Below the pieces are notes generated by a model, which was not told where the DNA came from, searched no databases, and saw nothing but the letters and a program-made list of their open reading frames with translations. The position numbers and the translations under genes were made by a program. Source: an uncultured delta proteobacterium (GTDB lineage Bacteria; Myxococcota_A; Polyangia; Palsa-1104). From it: a DNA stretch of 64,000 nt. The stretch is from NCBI GenBank assembly GCA_963785725.1, contig CAWAWS010000029.1:32001-96000 (forward strand). The letters run 5' to 3'. Shown here in pieces: positions 62,905 to 64,000 of the stretch (position 1 is the stretch's first letter; each line of letters begins with the position of its first letter).

Positions 62905-63726
62905 ATGGCCAGCCTCGTCGTCGACGGCAATGAAGTCGGCTACAGCGAATCGGGCGTCGGTCCGACGCTCGTCTTCGTGCACGGCCAGCTCTGCGATTAT
63001 CGCTATTGGGAGCCGCAGCGCGCGGCGCTGGCGAAGTCGTATCGCGTCGTCGCCGTCAGCTTGCGCCACTTTTGGCCCGGCCACTGCGACGAGTCGTCGC
63101 GCACGTTCACGACCGACGTGCACGCGGGCGACGTGGGCGCGTTCATCGCCGCGCTCGACATCGGGCCGGTGCATCTGTGCGGCCACTCGCGCGGCGGTTA
63201 CGTCGCGCTGCGCGTGGCCCGGCGGTTCCCGCGGCTGTTGCGCACGTTGACGCTGGCCGAGCCGGCCGGCCCCGTCGCCGATCCGGCGCGCGCGGAGCCG
63301 CCGGCGTCGCTGGCGCTCGAACGCGCGTTGCCGCAGGTGCTCGATCGCTTGCGCGCCGGTGACATCGACGCTGGGCTGACGCTGTTCGTCGATGTCGTCG
63401 CCGGTGCCGGCGCGTGGTCGCGCAGCGCGCCGGCGTTCAAGCGCATGGCGCGCGACAACGCGATGACGCTGTTGGCGCAGGCGAAGTACGAGCCGGTGCG
63501 CGCGCCCATCGCTTACGCCGACGTGCAGTCGATCGCGGTGCCGGTGCTGCTCGTCGGCGGCGAGCGGACGCCGGCGCCGTATCCGCAGACGCTGGCGACG
63601 CTCGAGCGGGCCTTGCGCGACGTGCGCCGCGTGCTCATTCCGCGCACCGGCCACGCCATGAACGTCGAGAACGCGCCCGCCTTCAACCGCGAATTGCTGC
63701 AGTTTCTCGACGAGCCCGGCAGGTAA
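62905..63726 (+). CDS. Alpha/beta-fold hydrolase
   Basis: VFVHG, GHSRGG nucleophile elbow, TGHAM. Confidence 0.9.
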   Translation: MASLVVDGNEVGYSESGVGPTLVFVHGQLCDYRYWEPQRAALAKSYRVVAVSLRHFWPGHCDESSRTFTTDVHAGDVGAFIAALDIGPVHLCGHSRGGYVALRVARRFPRLLRTLTLAEPAGPVADPARAEPPASLALERALPQVLDRLRAGDIDAGLTLFVDVVAGAGAWSRSAPAFKRMARDNAMTLLAQAKYEPVRAPIAYADVQSIAVPVLLVGGERTPAPYPQTLATLERALRDVRRVLIPRTGHAMNVENAPAFNRELLQFLDEPGR

Positions 63727-64000
63727 CTACTTCTTGCCGCCGCCCACGAGCGCGTCCGCGAAGTCGTGATAGGTCGCCGCGCAGGCCTTCTCGATAGGCA
63801 CGGGACAGAGCGCGCCGGCCGACAGCGTCCACTCCTTGGTCTGCGCCAGCGTCGTCGCGTAGACGGTCGCGGGCAGGTCGCCGCGCGATGTCTGGAAGTG
63901 CGCGCCCAGGAACACGAGGCCCTGCGCCGACTCGAGCCCGATCTGCTTGAACGTCGCGTTCAGCTGCGCCGTCGCCGTCGCCGGCGGCAAGAGATCGGCG
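63727..64000 (-). CDS. 3' end of an unidentified CDS truncated by the window edge
   Basis: Open frame from the window end to the stop at 63727; no recognisable motif. Confidence 0.5.
   Translation of the reverse strand, partial: ADLLPPATATAQLNATFKQIGLESAQGLVFLGAHFQTSRGDLPATVYATTLAQTKEWTLSAGALCPVPIEKACAATYHDFADALVGGGKK

Overview
High-GC bacterial window, very probably from a Myxococcota (Polyangia-like) genome. The host call rests on two eukaryote-like Ser/Thr kinases (one with a PEGA domain), a CglB-like vWA lipoprotein, Cys-rich lipoproteins with DLA/DMA/DGG linkers and a DUF1588/DUF1501-type operon. About 33 kb (4347-37256, all minus strand) is a compact, near-complete flagellar cluster: flgBC-fliEFGHIJK-flgDE, fliMNOPQR-flhBAFG-fliA-flgFGAHIJMNKL, fliC, fliD-fliS, plus a sigma54 enhancer-binding response regulator. 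Three sigma54 promoters with a shared enhancer-like motif and two matching sigma28 promoters can be read directly. Unusual points: no motA, motB, fliL or che genes in the window, a FlgJ rod-binding domain fused to an M23 peptidase, an extended FliO, a second degenerate FliS, and two non-flagellar envelope genes under the same sigma54 promoter type. The right half holds a PAS-kinase/HDOD/HD-GYP-like signalling cluster, cardiolipin synthase, kinases, an MBOAT/SGNH acylation pair (possible fusion), cydAB, eno, Hsp20 and tkt. Single-base frameshifts in flgE, cls, cydA and eno mostly look like sequencing errors, three of them in the same GCGATCTG context. All calls come from motif recognition by eye; no database searches were run.
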